Part shown: positions 41,389 through 52,030 of the stretch, one piece after another | How the letters are laid out: each line of letters starts with the position of its first letter | How positions within the stretch are numbered: position 1 is the stretch's first letter | Assembly (NCBI GenBank): GCA_013239625.1 | Contig: MU053379.1 | Location: forward strand, 2,958,866 to 3,022,865 | Reading direction: 5' to 3' | DNA: 64,000 nt | Origin: Lama guanicoe | Lineage: Eukaryota | The notes under the pieces: model-generated | The model's input: the letters and a program-made list of their open reading frames with translations, nothing else | Database searches by the model: none | What the model was told of the DNA's origin: nothing | Translations under genes and position numbers: made by a program

Positions 41389-41504
41389 CTGGATAACCAT
41401 ATATTTCAACAGTATTTGAAGAAAAAAGCATGTTTGGTCCTCAGCAACCTTTTCCCCCGATACGGCTGGCAGGAGTGGAGTGATTTCTTCTGGATATATC
41501 TTTG
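41389..41504 (-). CDS. RALGAPA2: RALGAPA2 coding exon (about exon 7), 116 nt, (A)[38 protein letters not shown]
   Basis: Acceptor ctctgcag, donor CAG|gtatga, phase 1 to 0. Lies within ORF 41383..41589. Confidence 0.95.
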
Positions 41505-42285
41505 CTGCAGAGTGAGAAATAATGAAAGCTCTTTCAGCAAAGTTGAATTTTAAACAGGGCTTTAAAAAATGGCCTCTATCAAAATACATGTATCCACGCC
41601 CTGCTCACCCTGCAGGCCGAGCCGGTGCCCACGGAGGGCGCGGCCAGGACACGTGGGACGGGTGCCCATGAAGCACCTGCTCACTGGACCACCCTTCTCC
41701 CTTCCACCCTCCGCTCTGGCCCGCCCAAGATCAAACAGCTGGCATTGGGCAACAAGGTGAGCTGCAGTAATGAACCAATGGCCCTAACAGGCAAGTTCCT
41801 TGAAAACTCACAGGGCACAGATGACTGCCATTAATAGTCCCGTGAGGCCACTGCTATCCTCCCACGGAGGCCGCATGAAAACACACAGCTGGCCAAAGAG
41901 CGCCGGGTGAGAGCTGAGCGCCCACAGAGAAACCCGCAGCGTCGAGGACAAGCAGCGCTCGGGGTGCAGACCTCGTCTCATTAACAGCAACAGGAATGCC
42001 CCAGATGGACCCTGGGTCTCTGCTCTTGCCAACGCTCATCCCCTCCCTGCCGCCCTGTCCCCACCCCTCTCTAAACCTCTCCTGGCACGTGTCACACAGA
42101 ACAGACCCTAATCCTGGCAATTCTAACATGTGCAGGGATCCCCTGTGAGCGCCAACAGGGGTAGGCCCTCTTCAGGGCCCACTGATGAAGTCACGGTTTC
42201 TGTTCAGGACAAGGACAGACCAGGGGATCCCTCCACGTAGCTTCAAGGGGACTCTGCACCTGGAGGGTCGGCGGGCGTCACTCAC

Positions 42286-42463
42286 CGTCAGCTGCACTGG
42301 GGCTGGGGTTGATCAGGGTCTCCAGTGTACACGGCCCCCAGGACGACACTACGGCTGGGAACCCCGGCACCAGGCAGGCAAAAATCAGCACCTGCTCCTC
42401 CGCACAGTTCGTCTGAAGTGCTTGGAGCCACAGGAGAAACAGCCGGATCCCTTCACATCTTAT
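42286..42463 (-). CDS. RALGAPA2: RALGAPA2 coding exon (about exon 6), 178 nt, [59 protein letters not shown]
   Basis: Acceptor ttttgttttag, donor G|gtgagt, phase 0 to 1. Recognisable RALGAPA peptide. Confidence 0.95.
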
Positions 42464-44598
42464 CTAAAACAAAATGAAAGGCCACGAAATTAGACGTGCG
42501 CACGTCTTTGTGGAAGTGCAGCGCGACGTGGCACTGGTTCTGAGGGGAGAAGTGCAGTTAGAGGCGTTACTCAAGTCCTGCACCAAGTTCCTCCCTTAGT
42601 GACCAGGAAGCAAGGAGCCGTGCGCCGTGGAGGGAGGACCGCGTGACTTCACTGTAAACTCGGGGCGATGGCAGAGTTCACCACAAAGCACCGGAGTGGG
42701 ATTCAGTGAGTCTGAACTGGCCGGCTCACAGTAAGTGCTGTGAGAATATCTCCCGTGAGCTGTATTTCACCCCTTCGGGTGATGGCCCATAGCATCGACC
42801 CTCGATTACCCTTGAAAACAACGCAAAGATCATCTTCCCCGAAATCTACACTGCGCTTTGGAAAGGCTTTTTGTCGTCTCATGACATTGTGCATATATAT
42901 ATGACGGTCCTGAAAATCAGAACACCTGGCGCTGAACAGGACCCTGAAGACCTGGCTCCGTGGGACAGGGCAGCCCGGCTTCCCTGCCAGTCCCTACGGC
43001 CCTCTCCCGCGCCTGCGCCCGGCTCCCAGTCGTCAGCATCCCGGAAAGAAAACCCCAATGTGGGCAGAAGTGCCCTTTTCCTCCTCGGCACTTACTTTCA
43101 ATGTCATCCCATCCCTGGAATTTCTAAACAGAGGTACCTCCGTTTTTACATTCCTAAACGGCTAAAAAGAAAAGGTCAATAAAAGAAGTCCAATAAGCCA
43201 AAGAGATGAGAGGAATGTCAGCTGAAGGGCGTCCTGAGCTCCGGATGCCGGCGGACCGAGGGGCCGCCTGATCTCCGATTCGTCCAGAGCCCGGGCCCAA
43301 GCCAAATCCGAGGCTCTGCAGGAAAGGTAAGAGGAGGAGAGACTGGGAGGGAGGGAGAAAAAGCCTGGTTGACTTCTCACTGAAGTCAAACCCACCGAGA
43401 CAGACACCCATGTCATGACAGTGCTGCCCCGCCACCCGTGGACCCGCGGTGCCCTCCCAGACATGCCCGTGGGCCCGGCACTGCCCCGGGTGCCTGCTGC
43501 ACTTGTCCTCCTGTCCCCAGTAGGTGAGGTGGGTGGTGACATTGCTGAGGACGCAATGCTATTCAGCGCCAGACACAAAAAGGCAGAGCTCCATGAATGT
43601 CTAACCAAATTAGAGTAAATTTAACAAGACAGAAGTTTTCACAACATTCTACCACAAGTCTCCAATTTTTTGTTAACTGCATTTAAGATAATTAAATACA
43701 ATAAAGCCAATAATAAATGGAAGCTAACAACCTGATAAGTTTTAGCTAGAAGACCATTCATTGAACAGGAGGGACACAATACAGAAAAACTATCATGAAG
43801 CCAGGGACAGCTCACCTCGTTTTTTTCAACAGCTAAGAGATAGTGAACCTATCAAGGTGAGTGGCTAGGATTGTTTAAACTCGTCTAAAACCAAAAATGG
43901 ATTAGCTTATTGAAAGCACACACACCAGTCAAATAGCTACAAGTGAATTATCTCCCACAATACATACGTCCCAGGCTGGCTTCTCTTGTCACTTACATTT
44001 TAGGGCTATTGTATCTTAGAGCCCAGTGGTCTCTTGCCATTATAAAAGACACATTAAAATAAGCTAATTTCAACCTAAATTACAAGATCTGCTGCAAATA
44101 AATCTTTAAGAGTAAGGCTCTGCTGCTCTCCCCGGCCCCAACCCAATCAAAGCTCAAAAATAGCAAAAATAATTCAGAGACAACTATAATCTTAACACCA
44201 AGATCACTGGGATGAACAGAATCAGGCACATTAACTCTGAAGCTTAGGAAGAAACTGGTTCAACCCCTTCTCTTTTCTCACGATAAAACTGGGGCAGTTA
44301 GCAGCTTGGCCGTGGTTCCCTGGCCGCACCCCGCAGAATCAAAATGAGAACTCAGAACTCCAAACTCCAAATCCCAAGCCGCTTTCTCCTAATAATACTT
44401 CAGGTGTCTACCACAATAAATCATGACTGAAGAACAAAAACTCTAACAATACTTCGCATATAATTTCTCAACTAAAAATAAAAACTAATTAAATGGCTTC
44501 TAAAGATTTTTTTTCAAAATGGTCTAATTTTGTCACTTTATGGCATAAATAAGTTTAAGAGTAATGAAAAATGCCACACTTTCATCTAAAATAAATAC

Positions 44599-44642
44599 CT
44601 TAATAGAATTTCCAGTGTGTAGAAGCTTCTTTAAAGTTGAGC
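44599..44642 (-). CDS. RALGAPA2: RALGAPA2 coding exon (about exon 5), 44 nt, (G)STLKKLLHTGNSIK
   Basis: Acceptor ctttcag, donor AAG|gtattt, phase 1 to 0, in frame with its neighbours. Confidence 0.95.
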
Positions 44643-45317
44643 CTGAAAGTTTAAAATAATGAATTAGAAATGGAGCATATGAATGCATATTTAAGATCTA
44701 CTTTTTAAATACTGGTTTTAGGAAGAAAAACTTATTTATGACAAAAGATATCATTTTTCAAAAATAAAAAGAAGAAGGCTGACCTTCAGAAGCAAAGCAA
44801 TGTCACAGGAGAGATGTTTTTAAAAAAACTATTTTAAGGATGAACCTCTTCAAAATTCTTTTAAAAGAGTCAAAATGACTGACATTTAAGGTAACCCAAA
44901 TGCCCTCGGTGGGATACGTGCAAATGTCTCTGTCAGCGTAAAATGAGTAATTTTTTAAAATCTCTAAAGGAAAAAATAGTATAAAATTACTGCTCACAAA
45001 ACACTTTCATAGGAACATTTTACAAGTATTCAGGACAGCATGTTTCTCTCCCTGCGAGGACAACCACATTTATGGGTTCGGTCCATCAATAAATCACCCA
45101 GCGGAGGACTCTGGTCACTGCCAAGGAGGGGAAGCAAGATGTACACGGAGCTACATGGCCAGCTGCAGCCGTGGTGCTCAGCCGCTGTGATGAGAAGGCC
45201 TCTCTCACGAAGACACAAACATGTTACCCGTTACTCTGCAGGTGTGTTCACACCTTTGCACGGGCATGGCGTGGCAACCACACTGAAACACCATGTGCAG
45301 CATCTAAATGAGATCTT

Positions 45318-45806
45318 TTTGATGGGTACATGTATATTTTTTATTGATGTATAGTCAGTTCACAATGTTGTGTCAGTTTCTGGTGTACAGTAACATGTTA
45401 CAGTCACCTGTGAACATACATATATTGTTTTCATAGTCTGTTTCATTATAAGTTACAACAAGATGTTGAATATAGTTCCCTGTGCTCTACAGTATAAACT
45501 TGCTGTTTATCTATTTTACATACAGTAGTTAGTATCTGCAAATCTATCAATTTATCTATCAATTTATCCCTCTACCCCCTTTCCTCCCTGGTAACCACAA
45601 GTTTGTTTTCTATGTCTGTGAGTCTGTTTCTGTTTTGTAAATAAGTTAATTTGCCTCATGTTTTTAGATTCCACATGAGTGATACCATGTGGTATTTTTC
45701 TTTCTCTGCTGACTTACTTCACTTACTATGATAATCTCGAAGTCCATCCATGTTGCTCAAATGGCATTATTTTATTTTTTCATGGCTGAATAGTATTCCA
45801 TTGCAT
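45318..45806 (-). mobile_element. 5'-truncated L1 (ORF2 end plus 3' UTR)
   Basis: The 16-bp TSD ATCTAAATGAGATCTT lies at 45302-45317 and 45807-45822. Homologous to the other L1 copies in the window. Confidence 0.9.
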
Positions 45807-47084
45807 ATCTAAATGAGATCTTAACCTCAAAAAGGAAGTAACCTTTCAAAATAAAAATATATTGGAATATATATATTTTAGAAATATATATTTTAATATA
45901 TATTGAAATATATATTAAATGAGAGAAACTTTTTTCCCAATTTTTAGGGGAGAAAAGTATTTAGATTTCCTGATGAAAAGTTCTGTGCAATATTTTAGAG
46001 TTGGATATCAAGTCACATGTACTCCATCAAAGTACTTCAAAGAGATGCACCAGGAACTGGGGCAGGTCCACGAGGACAGGCACACATGTGTCAGTGAAAC
46101 GTAGGCACTTCAGGAATGCATTCGCTGGAATGAGACCGCCAGCTGAGGGACCTTTTACAACGGCAGTGCTGTCTATGACACCTCCCCCTGACCCAGGGGA
46201 AACTCACCACTGTCACGACTGGGTTACGGCACTCAATGACTAACGGCCTGTGATTAACTAAGGACGTTAAAGTGCCGTCCTCTCTCCACTTTTGCCGTCA
46301 CCATGTCCAGCGATTTTTGGTCTAGAGTCAGCATGGACTAGCCTGGGCTCTCTCACAGCTAAGGTTCAAGTGCCCGGGTCACAGCGGTCATGGGACTACT
46401 TAGCTCACACTTTCCTCCACCGAGGGCCTTGTCCCTTGCCTCTGCGTCCATCTGTTCTTGGACAAAGTCCATTCTGCCCCAGTGCAATGTTTGCTCCCTT
46501 ATGTCTAGGAGGGCGTCATGATACAGGGCAGGGCCAACAGACGCCTCATCTCCCAGAGACTCGGGATAAAGTCTACACAGACAGCACTCCTCCCAGGCAT
46601 CGGCCAAATCCATCACCCTGCAATGCAGTCTCGGAAATGCCTTCTCCTGCTCATTGTGCGTGACCGTCAGAGATGCTCAGGCCTTCCCCTGCTTGAAATA
46701 GGCCCAGCATTTTCATTTTTAACTTGTAGCCTACCCACAGTTGCCTTTATCCACTCTTCCCTACACAGGGACATGAGCAGAAGATCAGAGGACACGGTAG
46801 CTACCAGGAGGGACCAGGCAGCAAAGTCAAGGGAGAGAGGTTTCTGCACAGCAGGTGGTGGATGAGGTCCGGAATTGGCCTTGAAGGAGAAAAAGACCAT
46901 GATCTCACCTCCATCCTGAAGGAGACAGAGAAGAATCAGTGAAAACCCAGGTTTCAGTAGCCAAGGAGGTAAAAGCCAGAGGCTGAGGTTGTAGGGCTGT
47001 TGCCTAACCCAAGAAGAGGGCTCCGTGAGGGCAGAGCACAAAGGGGGAAGGAGGGGAAGAAAGAGCAGGGATGGTGGGGGCACT

Positions 47085-47685
47085 GGGGAGAGGACCTGGA
47101 AGGTGGCAAGGGCATGGGGGGAGGATCTATGAGGTGGTGAGAGCATTGGAGGAGGACCCGGGAGGTGGTGAGGGTGCAGGGGAGAGGACCCAGGAGGTGG
47201 CGAGGGCATCGCAGGGAGGACCCGGGAGGTGGTGAGGGCGCAGGGGAGAGGACCTGGGAGGTGGCGAGGGCATCAGAGGGAGGACCTGGGAGGTGGCAAG
47301 GGCATCAGAGAGAGAACCTGGGAGGTGGCGAGGGTACTGGGGGGAGGAACTGGGAGGTGGCGAGGGCACAGGGGAGAGGACCTGGGAGGTGGTGAGGGCA
47401 TCTGAGGGAGGATTCAGGAGGTGGCAAGGGTGCAGGGGAGAGGACCCAGCAGATGGCAAGGGCATCAGAGGGAGGACCTGGGAGGTGGCGAGGGTGCAGG
47501 GGAGAGGACTCAGGAAGTGGCGAGGGTGCAGGGGAGTGGACCCAGGAGGTGGTGAGGGCATCGGAGGGAGGACCCAGGAGGTAGCGAGGGCGCAGGGGAG
47601 AGGACCCAGGAGGTGGTAGGGTACTGGGGGAAGGAACTGGGAGGTGGTGAGGGTACCGGGGAGAGGACCTGGGAGATAGGGCATC
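47085..47685 (+). repeat. G-rich minisatellite, 32-bp unit, about 19 copies
   Basis: Consensus approximately GGGGAGAGGACCTGGGAGGTGGCGAGGGYRCA, repeated head to tail. Confidence 0.95.
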
Positions 47686-48883
47686 ACAGAGGAAACCTTC
47701 TTAAAGTGGACCCATGTATAATTAAATCCTGTACTGATGACTCATGGGCATATTAAGAGGTGCTACCACCTGCCCTTGCACCAAATATCCCCGGTTTGCC
47801 GATGTGCCACTCTTTGTCATCTTCTCACTTCCTGTCAGTTCTCGGTACTGCTCACAGATAAGGCTTCAAGCAGCCACGTTTATCCACCATGATTTACTGG
47901 CCTAAAAGTGACTTCAGGAAAAATTTAAAAAACAATTTTTCCATTTGTAATAAGGAATGGAAATTTGCAAACAGTTGAGAAGCAGGTCAACACACACATC
48001 ACAGAGTTCGCAAGTGCTGGGTCAGCCACTTCCCAAATCTCCTTACCCGCCAAACATCCTTAAAGCAGTATCTCGAGATGCTTGGAATAATGATCCAGTG
48101 CTCACTTCACATTGCAAAACTCAGAGTTCAAATATGTTTCCTCCTTCGATGATGCACAGCAAGGACCCAGCCTGAAAAACCTTACAGACTATTTTTTCCC
48201 TCTAAAAACAGTCTTAAGAGAAATAGAATGTCTCTCTCTAAACAGACAAAACCAGGTGACAGGATAAGAAACAGACTTCAAACGCTGCGGCAGTTAATAC
48301 TTCGAATTATTTCCTTCCTTCTCAGGGTAAAATGTGCCTAACGGGTGGGTCTGAGGGCTTCTAAGACTCAGAATACAGGAGTGGCTCTTACTTCAGATTC
48401 CTCTGCTCAGTAACAAGCATTTGCACTGTGGGACAGGAAGTAGCCTGCATCAGTGGTGTGAAAACCAAACTTGAAGGTGCTAACCTAGTATTTCAGGGTT
48501 CCTTGGCCCCAGCCAGCCCCAATTAGCACTGAATTAAGAAGTCTACCCAGCAGCATTCTCCCTGTTAGGTGAGGACTGCTAGACATCCAGGGTGCAGATA
48601 GCCAGGAGTAAGGAAGCTGAGGTGCCCAGACTTCCCAGTGCTGTGAAAAGCCTCCTGCCCTCGCCTCGGAGACTTTGCGGAAGTCAAGATGCCAGTGCTA
48701 AGGAGATAACGAAGGCACGTTCCTTCCCTTCGAAACCTGGTGTTTCCCCATGGTTTCTTCCTTTCTATAACTAACTTGGTCAAGACCTTGAGTGACAGAG
48801 AGTAACAGTTTTAACAGATGCAAACAAACTGGAAAGAATGCAAGAGGTACAGTGGGGGATGTTAAAAAAAAAAAGTGTAGAAT

Positions 48884-49259
48884 TACAAGTCCACAATCCC
48901 CTACTGCAAACTCAAAATCCAAAAACCTATGAATACGGAACCTCTTCTGTGCAATTCTTTAGCGGACAGGACCTGACCTGAGCTGAACTCCTGTGGTGGC
49001 AACACTGGACTAACTGACTAAGGCCTTTGTGGGCCAAGTTCTCCCACTGAGGACGCCTGCTTACATCTTAGGCTACGGAAAGGACAACACTCCAGGTTCC
49101 AGGTACTGCCCAGACCCCTGGAGGGTTACGTACAGACGTTAATGCTGTGTTCATGTTCGTTATACACCAACGCGCCTCACTACCACTCTAAAATCTGAAA
49201 AGCTCTGATTCCAATGCGCATCTAGCCTGAAGATCACGATAAAAGAGACGTGGACCTGT
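48884..49259. mobile_element. Non-autonomous TcMar-Tigger DNA transposon (MER46C-like)
   Basis: Terminal inverted repeats CAAGTCCACA... and ...CGTGGACCTG, with TA at the left end. About 375 bp. Confidence 0.65.
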
Positions 49260-50229
49260 CTAAACACCACTTTCTACCCACTTTGATAAATCGTGCAAAA
49301 CTCTATCTGAAAAGATCCTGTGTGATTCAGGCATGAAGTACACAAGAGTCAATAATAAGGATGATTTTGTATGTAAAGGCTCCTACGTGAGTGTCCTGAC
49401 ACAGGACTCATCCTGACCGAGTTACAGAGCTGACTTCGTCTACACAGCAGAGCAACAGAAAACCAACACCCACCCTCTCTGTGGCTCAGAAGACCCAGTG
49501 CTCCGCAGCCCTGAGCTCAAAGTCACCGTTCTCAGAAAGTTACTCTTAAACTGGGTGCAAAAGCTACTTGTACCAGCAATTTTATCCCACCCCCGAGGAC
49601 CTGGACAGAGTTTAGGTAATACTATGCACTACCCACTAGATCTGTGAAGTTCCCACAACACAAAATGGCAAATTAATTTCCACACGTAGCTCTAATAAGT
49701 TTATTCACACTGAGCGGGGCCTACGAGTCTTCAGACTTTTTGAAGTACCATCTGAAGAAACTGAGGATGGCTTTCCTCCAGACAACATAAATAAAAGGGA
49801 GGGATTCTAACTGACACAGACAAACACCGCGTGCAGTCACTCTGCATTGTCCTGCATTGCTGCTACACCAGGGAACATCGCAAACTCCCAGGATGTTCCT
49901 CAGAATCATACCTAACATCTGATTTTTTTATTTTCAATTTAAGTACAGAGGGTCAAAGCATCAGTTAAGCAGAAATGCTGTCAACAACTCTAACATTCTA
50001 AGAAAAACTTCTTTTGTGTGTTTGAAGGACTCAAAGACCAAGACATCCTAAAATAACGATTTATCCATTCAGTTCAACAGATTTATTAAGTATATATACT
50101 TTACTTTCTTTACATTTTGACATTTGTGACATATAATTCCATTTATATAAGGGCCAGAGTTTTCACAGAAATCATCCTAAATTAAGTTCAGGATCTGGAA
50201 TTTTGGTATATCCACTGATGGTGCCATGT

Positions 50230-50546
50230 TCTCTCAGTTTCCATGCCTTTTACATATTGATTAATCTCCTACCTAGAAAGCCCTCTCCACACTCACATTT
50301 GAAGGCTCAGATTGGAATCACCTTTCAAAGCCTTCCTCAATTTCTCTGAGTAAAATTATTCAACTTTTCTCCTTTGCTACTTTGTATGCCTTTTATAGCA
50401 ACAATCACACTGTAATTATTTTTTCTCATCTAATCCCCATTAGGCAATCAACTTACATAATACAGCATGGTGAGATACTCTGCTTTTGTCCCTGAACTTT
50501 GTACATGAATGTCTCTCCCTCAATAAACATTTGAACGAATGAATGA
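50230..50546 (+). mobile_element. L2 3'-end fragment
   Basis: Ends CAATAAACATTTGAACGAATGAATGA, a typical L2 terminus. Confidence 0.5.
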
Positions 50547-50969
50547 TCAAATAGAGAAGCTTCTGTAATAAGGTCATGCTCTCCTCAAATATGATCATCC
50601 GGTAAGGTAGAAAAATTAGAAGAAATGTCAGTCTTCTAAGGCAGAAGGACTAAACCAAGCCTTTTAACAAGAAGGCAGAATTCACAATCAATACCACAAA
50701 TTACGCCAGCTGTACTGTGAATACAGGATGGAGATGAAACGCTGTTGGATGTCAAGAACTGGACAGAAGGGCAGTGATGGGAACTTGCTCTATTGCAAGT
50801 TTCCTCTCGCTGCCACATCCTAAAACATTCAAGCAAAATAATTCCGAGTCAATGACAAAGGCCTGAAGAGTAAGATATTCTTATAAGGGAAAGCGTAAAA
50901 CTATTTAAGAAAAATACTCCAGATCAATGTTTCTCAAACTTTATGTGCACAGGCATCCTCTGGGACTCT

Positions 50970-51672
50970 CTCTCTTTTTTTAACCCTTTTTTTGGGGGGG
51001 GTGAGGATGATTAGGTTTATTCATTTATTTATTTTTATTTAAAAAATTTTTATTGAAGTGCAGTTGATTTACACTGTCAGTTTCATGGGTACAGCAAAGC
51101 AATTCAGTTATACATACACATACATATATTTTCTTTCTTTTCAGATTCTTTTCCATTATATGTTATTATAAGAAATTAAAGATTGTCCCCTGTGCTATAT
51201 AGTAGATCCTTGTTGTCTATCTATTTCATGTATAGTAATGTGTGTCTGTTAACCGCCAACCCCTGTGTATCCCTCTTTGCCCTTCCCCTCTGGTAACTAT
51301 AGTTTGTTTTCTATGTCTGTGAGTCTGTTTTTGGTTTGTGGATAGATTTGTATCATTTTTTTAGATTCCACATATATATGATATCACATGACATTTGTAT
51401 TTTGCTGCCTGACTTACTTCACTTAATGTGATCATCTCTAGGTCCATCCATGTTGCTGTATGTGGCATTATTTCATTCTTTTTTATGGCTGAGTAATAGT
51501 CCATTGTTTCTATGTACCACAAGAATAAATATATTCATTTATTTTATTTATTTATTTTATTTTAATTTTTAATGGAGGCACTAGGGATGAACCCAGAACC
51601 TCATGCATGCCAAGAACCCAGGACCTCTTGCATGCCAAGCACGCACTCTACCACTGAGCTACACCCTCCCCT
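50970..51672 (-). mobile_element. tRNA-derived SINE (Vic-1-like) interrupted in its tail by an L1 3' fragment
   Basis: Head at about 51570-51672, tail end at about 50970-51030. The 12-bp TSD CTCTGGGACTCT lies at 50958-50969 and 51673-51684. Confidence 0.85.
51031..51531 (-). mobile_element. 5'-truncated L1 nested in a SINE tail
   Basis: The 13-bp TSD TATTCATTTATTT lies at 51018-51030 and 51532-51544. Confidence 0.85.
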
Positions 51673-51972
51673 CTCTGGGACTCTATTAGAAAAGTAGACT
51701 GCAGCTTGGTAGGTCTGGCTGGGACCAAGATTCTGCATTTCTAACAAGCTTGCAGGCAAGGCTCCAGGTCTATGAACCAATTTTTGAGCAAGACACAGAT
51801 AATGTACTTTCCTCCAAAGTCCAAGCTGGACTTGTCTCAGTTTTTAATCAGCATATCCTTGTTAATATTCCTTGTTGTAACCGATCTTGATGGTGTTGAT
51901 TATATTAAACATTACTGCAAATACAATGGGAAGAAATCTATATTACTTAAAAATTTTTGTAATTGTTCTTAC

Positions 51973-52030
51973 CTATACTCTGGTAATGCCATCGAAAGAA
52001 AATTCGTTCAGGTAGAAACTGCAGTATTTT
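51973..52030 (-). CDS. RALGAPA2: RALGAPA2 coding exon (about human exon 4), 58 nt, KILQFLPERIFFRWHYQSI(G)
   Basis: Acceptor tgttttgtag, donor G|gtaaga, phase 0 to 1. The peptide matches the recalled RALGAPA2 N-terminal region. Confidence 0.95.

Larger units (their letters stand above)
50920..51792. mobile_element. hAT-Charlie MER5-like fossil, split by the SINE+L1 insertion
   Basis: The left half (TGTTTCTCAAACTTTATGTGCACA) and right half (TCTGCATTTCTAACAAGCT) become contiguous once 50970-51684 is removed. Confidence 0.6.

Noticed and set aside
45856..45917. AT-rich quasi-palindromic tract
   Set aside because: Ordinary (TA)n-derived low-complexity sequence.
47127..47687. 186-aa repetitive Pro/Leu-rich ORF and overlapping plus-strand ORFs
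   Set aside because: By-products of the 32-bp minisatellite. No splice or homology support.
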